From: a virus
Lineage: Duplodnaviria > Caudoviricetes
Strand: one strand, 5' to 3'
Virus record (IMG/VR): IMGVR_UViG_2974731955_000001
Coordinates: 34,827-98,826 of that record
DNA: 64,000 nucleotides
Shown: in pieces, positions 59,740-64,000 of the stretch
Layout of the letters: each line of letters starts with the position of its first letter
Position numbering within the stretch: the stretch's first letter is position 1
Position numbers and translations under genes: made by a program
Notes under the pieces: generated by a model
Databases searched by the model: none
What the model was told of the DNA's origin: nothing
The model's input: the letters and a program-made list of their open reading frames with translations, nothing else

Positions 59740-62082
59740 TTATGCAGTTATTTGAGTTGATTTATATTTTGGGAAAAAGCAAAGGCGCGAACCGATGTAA
59801 CGATACGCATCGGAAGGCGTATGAGCCGTATGCACGTAAGCGAGGCCCGCATACGACCCGTCGCCCGCGTTACCGCCAACCAGCACCACCTGCATGCGGT
59901 TAGCCGATGTGTAGGTGTAGTAGTCGCACCAGTAGGTAGAACTACTACCGCCGATCTCCGTAGCTACGATATCACCATCTTCCCCAAGCAACATCTTCTT
60001 GGCATAACCTTTTGTACGGCAGATATTGCCCTTCTTGTCATAGCCGGTGTAAGAGGTATCGCCGAAATTCGACGGGTCATCGGTAGTCCATAATATGGAT
60101 AATCCGGCATCGCCCGTGGTGACCTGTATATTGGCCCCGTCTGTGTATTTCCATATATGGCCGAACGGATTCTCTATACCACGATACCTGTTAGCCATCA
60201 ACGTGGCGTGAGTACCGCCGGAAGCGTTCTTCACCACATATGCCTTCTCTCCCGAGCCGTTCCCGAACTCGTTGGTATAGCCGCATGGGATAAGGGGATT
60301 GGTGTTGTTGAAGTTCGCCCAATCAGTCATTTGAGTAGGTCCCGGACCTAAGCCGCCTTGGGCGAAACCGTTAGCGTCCTTCTGGGCGTTGAAAGGCTTC
60401 TGGCTGTCCAAAGTGGCGTACTCGACGGCGAATAGCCAGAACAGTATCTTATGGGCGTTATAGGTATACATCTCCCAACCACTACCACGTTTCCTTGCAG
60501 CTTGTCGGAATTGGTCTCGGGTGAGGTTGGTGACGGGACATCCTAGCAAGGAACGGTAGGTATCATCCCATTCAGCGGTGTTGTCACCACCTCTAAAATT
60601 AATTGAATTAGGATCACTTAATTTACTAGCTCCAGCCGCCGAACATAATAAATTATCGGTTCTATACATTCTGGCTTCATGTGTTGAGATATAGAACTTA
60701 TCTACATGTTTATACCCAGGTAATGGAATTTCGGACAACATCATCCTAAATTTAGTGCCATTAAAATACAATTTATACCAATGTTCAGGCATCTCTGTCA
60801 TAACGGCATAATCCAAATAGCTTCCACCCCATGAAAACTCATTATCCAAATATTCTTTAACTCCACCATCTCTATCCAACAAACACCTTCTCATCTTACT
60901 CTGGATAGGTAGCTCTCTATGCAATTGAATATTACCTACTCTAACCCCATCAGGACTAGATGATGCAGTATCCCATTCGACACCATATGCGTATTGATCC
61001 TCTAATGAAGGAATTGATTTGTAAGTTCCATCATCCATTAAAGCTTTAGTTCCATCACCTGTAGTATGTATTGTTAACTGCTTAGTATTATTCTCAGAAA
61101 GACCACTTATTAGATTTGTATATACATCAATCCCATTACTTACTGGTATTAAATAATTCATACCAGAATCTACACTCACAGTTAAATCTTGATATATAGA
61201 GATTTGTGCAGAATTATTCTGTAGTACTCCATTATTCAATTCTAGACGAAACCAAATATTATTATCATCATTAACATTATATCCACCAAAAAGACTTGAT
61301 ATATACACCCCATTATCTCTTACTGGAAATATATTAACAGCGTTGCTTGGAAGCTTCTCTAATAATTTATTATAATTTTCCTGAGATATAGATGGATTGT
61401 CACTTGATGCTATCTCCATAACAATGTCAAATACAGTATAATCTGGCAAGTCAGATTTAGTAGCCAATTGAGTATCGACATATTCTTTATTAACATCTAC
61501 AGTAGGTATAGTAGGTTTACTAGTAAGATCATTGTAACTACCAGATGTAGCTACAGTAGATAATGTAGGTTTATTCAATATCAATGCATCTCCTTCTGTA
61601 GCATTCCAATCAGCATTAACATTTACTTCGGCACCAGCAGCAATGCCATTCAACTTTGTCTTATCTGAAGGTAACATCAAACCAGCTAAAGCTGTAGTAG
61701 ATGCAGGAAGATTTAATTCTATATTTTCTACTACATTGGTTACTAAGTTCCTTTTATCCAGAGTAATAGAGATACCTGTTGCTGTAATATTCTTAGTAGC
61801 AGCTTCAATTACCTCATTGATGTTTGTAACTTTAGTTTTATCTGCAGTAACATAGTCATTAGTACTTAAACCCTTACCTTCTACTTTATCAACTTTAGTA
61901 TCAATAGCATTATATACCTCAGTAAAGTCAACTTCTGGTATATTAACTACAGACCATACTCCATTCTGTCTAGCATATTGTTCACCATCTTTAGGTGCTT
62001 CTTCTACTAGTTCCTGACCATGATCACTACTTAAGTATGGTATTTTAACCCATTCACCATTATATTTTACTTTAATTACCAT
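59740..62082 (-). CDS. Tail fibre / receptor-binding protein with a C-terminal CLec-type (DGR-target-like) domain
   Basis: Fibre repeats (EAPKDG..YAR, KVDKVEGKGLSTNDY) and YRGIENPFGHIW...VLVGG...IGSRLCF. The 3' third is GC-rich. Confidence 0.85.
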   Translation of the reverse strand: MVIKVKYNGEWVKIPYLSSDHGQELVEEAPKDGEQYARQNGVWSVVNIPEVDFTEVYNAIDTKVDKVEGKGLSTNDYVTADKTKVTNINEVIEAATKNITATGISITLDKRNLVTNVVENIELNLPASTTALAGLMLPSDKTKLNGIAAGAEVNVNADWNATEGDALILNKPTLSTVATSGSYNDLTSKPTIPTVDVNKEYVDTQLATKSDLPDYTVFDIVMEIASSDNPSISQENYNKLLEKLPSNAVNIFPVRDNGVYISSLFGGYNVNDDNNIWFRLELNNGVLQNNSAQISIYQDLTVSVDSGMNYLIPVSNGIDVYTNLISGLSENNTKQLTIHTTGDGTKALMDDGTYKSIPSLEDQYAYGVEWDTASSSPDGVRVGNIQLHRELPIQSKMRRCLLDRDGGVKEYLDNEFSWGGSYLDYAVMTEMPEHWYKLYFNGTKFRMMLSEIPLPGYKHVDKFYISTHEARMYRTDNLLCSAAGASKLSDPNSINFRGGDNTAEWDDTYRSLLGCPVTNLTRDQFRQAARKRGSGWEMYTYNAHKILFWLFAVEYATLDSQKPFNAQKDANGFAQGGLGPGPTQMTDWANFNNTNPLIPCGYTNEFGNGSGEKAYVVKNASGGTHATLMANRYRGIENPFGHIWKYTDGANIQVTTGDAGLSILWTTDDPSNFGDTSYTGYDKKGNICRTKGYAKKMLLGEDGDIVATEIGGSSSTYWCDYYTYTSANRMQVVLVGGNAGDGSYAGLAYVHTAHTPSDAYRYIGSRLCFFPKYKSTQITA

Positions 62083-62084
62083 AA

Positions 62085-62429
62085 CTAGTTATTAAATATT
62101 TGTTTGCCAATTGTTTTAGCTTCTGTTCTAAGTGTTTGAAAAGATTGCCATTCATCAAACCTAGATGGTGGTTGACTACCACTAAGTAATTGTTCGACCA
62201 TGTTAGATTTTAATGCTGCTTCCTCATCTATACTATAAGTGCTTCTAATGATCTTACTTACGAAAGATTCATAGGTTGGTTCTTCATTAAATTTTAATTC
62301 ATAATAAGCATAACCATGTATATCTTCAGAATTAACTTCTTCAATATCCCATCTAACTGCCCATTCATTCATTCCTAGGTATTCTATTACTTTAGGTATA
62401 TGATCACCTTGTACTTTCTTTAATTCCAT
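62085..62429 (-). CDS. Fibre-associated protein, paralogue of 59351..59737
   Basis: RWDIE...GYAYYE motif; overlaps the end of the RT gene. Confidence 0.6.
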   Translation of the reverse strand: MELKKVQGDHIPKVIEYLGMNEWAVRWDIEEVNSEDIHGYAYYELKFNEEPTYESFVSKIIRSTYSIDEEAALKSNMVEQLLSGSQPPSRFDEWQSFQTLRTEAKTIGKQIFNN

Positions 62430-63444
62430 AACTACTTAATAATTTTTGTCTATAATCTTTAAAATTATAAGATCTCGTAAAGCGATACCATAAATTATGA
62501 CAGTTTCCATATTTACACCATCCCCAATAAGCTGCTAGTGATGTTAACCTCTTATTCTTACTTTTATAACTTAATTTATGAATAAACTTCTTTTTGATAT
62601 CTTTCCTGAGTAAAGTATGACCGTGATAAAATACATAACCAATAAAATCTATACCTCTTACTTCTACAGGAAATATCTGCCAATTACGTTTTACTTTTAG
62701 TTTCAAGTTATCAGCTAGATATTTTTCAATCTCTTGTAAGCAATATCTTAAGTAATCTTTATCTGGGTGTAATATAACAATATCATCACAATACCTGTAA
62801 TAATATTTTATTTTTAATACTTGTTTAATCCACCTATCGAACCAAGTCAAATTCAAATTTGCTGCAAATTGAGATATGTAATTTCCAATTGGTAAACCTT
62901 TTGGTGTAGAATAAACTACATGATGTAATAATCTTAATAGTTTCTTATCCTTAAATATCTTTTCAAATTGTGAGTATAACACATCTTGATCTATAGAAGG
63001 AAAGAACTTTTTAATATCTAATTTTAAACAATATTTTGTGCCTTCTTTATCAGCTTTTAAATCTCTTTTCAATCTCTTTACTCCATAATGAATACCTCTT
63101 CCTTTTAAACAGTTAAAGGTATCTACAGTAAATCTACTAACAAGGTAAGGTTCTATAACATTCATTATAGCATGATGGACTATTCTGTCTGGATAATACG
63201 GTAGCCTATATATTTCTCTTTCTTTGTTACCACGATCGGCGATGATTGTATATACGCAGTATTCCGAAGTACGATAAGTATCTTCTATTAATGCCTTTTG
63301 TAACCGGACCAGATTTTCATATGGGTTCCTGTCAAATTTCTTAACGCCGTATCTTTTAGTTTTACCTAGCCTAGCCTTCTTTTCAGCCCGGACCAGATTT
63401 TCATATGATATTATCCTGTTAAATAAATTGCCTATTCTTTTCAT
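62404..63444 (-). CDS. DGR reverse transcriptase
   Basis: KLDIKKFFPSI, the DGR-type LPIGNYISQ, YYRYCDD and GIDFIGY motifs, with an adjacent TR. Confidence 0.95.
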   Translation of the reverse strand: MKRIGNLFNRIISYENLVRAEKKARLGKTKRYGVKKFDRNPYENLVRLQKALIEDTYRTSEYCVYTIIADRGNKEREIYRLPYYPDRIVHHAIMNVIEPYLVSRFTVDTFNCLKGRGIHYGVKRLKRDLKADKEGTKYCLKLDIKKFFPSIDQDVLYSQFEKIFKDKKLLRLLHHVVYSTPKGLPIGNYISQFAANLNLTWFDRWIKQVLKIKYYYRYCDDIVILHPDKDYLRYCLQEIEKYLADNLKLKVKRNWQIFPVEVRGIDFIGYVFYHGHTLLRKDIKKKFIHKLSYKSKNKRLTSLAAYWGWCKYGNCHNLWYRFTRSYNFKDYRQKLLSSYGIKESTR

Positions 63445-63590
63445 AAGCTATTTTGGTGGTAAGACCCGTTCGCCCAATACTACTAGGGTCTCTTCAAAGC
63501 ACCTGTTATCTTTTACCTAGAGGTAAGGCTGATCTAAGTTCAACAAACATTTTTGAAAGTATCTGAAAGTATTTGTTAGTTCCAAAATTT

Positions 63591-63687
63591 CACTGATATT
63601 CGTCTATGAATTCGAGGATGCATTATTAGCATTAGCTATGAAGACTCTGCATTGAGAACCATTATCTGAATTACCTGACTGTTTTTT
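63591..63687 (-). repeat. DGR template repeat (TR)
   Basis: Aligns to 63861-63960 with substitutions only at TR adenines. AAT-rich and non-coding. Confidence 0.95.
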
Positions 63688-63792
63688 CAAGTATGAAATA
63701 ATGTGACAGCAGTCTTACTATAAAGTCATCTCATAGTAATTCTTTTAGATCCGCCCTTGTTATTAATATTTAATTATCTATATTACTCAGGA

Positions 63793-64000
63793 CTATGCCT
63801 GCATTTTCTTAAATGTATCTGAATCAACTACAACAATCTTACCATAAAAGGCTAATCTTGCACCGAGAGCCGTCCATGAAAGCGAGGAGGCAGCATAATC
63901 AGCATAAGCCACGAAGACCCCGCATCGAGAACCATCACCCGAAGAACCCGACCGCAGAAAGATTCTATTTGCTGTTGGATTAAACCAGCTATAATCGGAA
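63793..64000 (-). CDS. 3' end of the DGR target gene (CLec-type fibre tip), truncated by the window edge
   Basis: ...IFLRSGSSGDGSRCGVFVAYADYAASSLSWTALGARLAFYGKIVVVDSDTFKKMQA* contains the VR. Confidence 0.88.
   Translation of the reverse strand, partial: SDYSWFNPTANRIFLRSGSSGDGSRCGVFVAYADYAASSLSWTALGARLAFYGKIVVVDSDTFKKMQA
63861..63960 (-). repeat. DGR variable repeat (VR)
   Basis: 23 A-to-N differences from the TR over the 91-nt core, plus one extra codon. Confidence 0.95.

Noticed and set aside
59782-59880. Second target of the TR at 63591-63687
   Set aside because: Many mismatches fall at non-adenine TR positions. The similarity is only at the level of the protein fold.
31732-61855. Numerous short + strand ORFs within the late region
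   Set aside because: They are antisense shadows of long - strand genes, with no independent support.
62085-62429. Avd accessory protein
   Set aside because: It resembles the fibre-associated paralogue at 59351..59737 rather than the basic four-helix Avd pattern.
1-64000. Stop-codon reassignment (TAG or TGA), known in some crAss-like phages
   Set aside because: Very long genes are intact in the standard code, and TAG and TGA end genes at sensible boundaries (e.g. 17270, 18766, 23013).

Overview
About 64 kb of an AT-rich Crassvirales (crAss-like) phage genome, probably from a Bacteroidota host. It reads normally in the standard genetic code. The + strand (1-26812) carries early and replication genes: a bL12-like protein, an ECF sigma factor, family B DNA polymerase, DnaB-like helicase, an AAA/Sak4-like ATPase split by a group I intron with an HNH endonuclease, an SSB-like protein, primase, two metallophosphoesterases and two PD-(D/E)XK nucleases. 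The - strand (26836-64000) carries virion genes: a 4774-aa virion RNA polymerase polyprotein, cargo proteins, tail ring and stabiliser proteins, lysis genes, tail fibres and a diversity-generating retroelement (RT, TR and a matching VR). The most unusual content is non-coding: (i) a circularly permuted two-piece tmRNA, (ii) six tRNA-like elements that keep the acceptor and T arms but lack a normal anticodon arm, most of them directly upstream of genes, (iii) a ~2.4 kb hairpin-dense region with no credible ORF, a candidate giant ncRNA, and (iv) a ~540 nt structured region with a repeated loop motif. A second, GC-rich VR-like tail-fibre tip does not match the local TR. All family calls come from motif recognition by eye and all base pairings were read by hand; no searches or folding programs were run.
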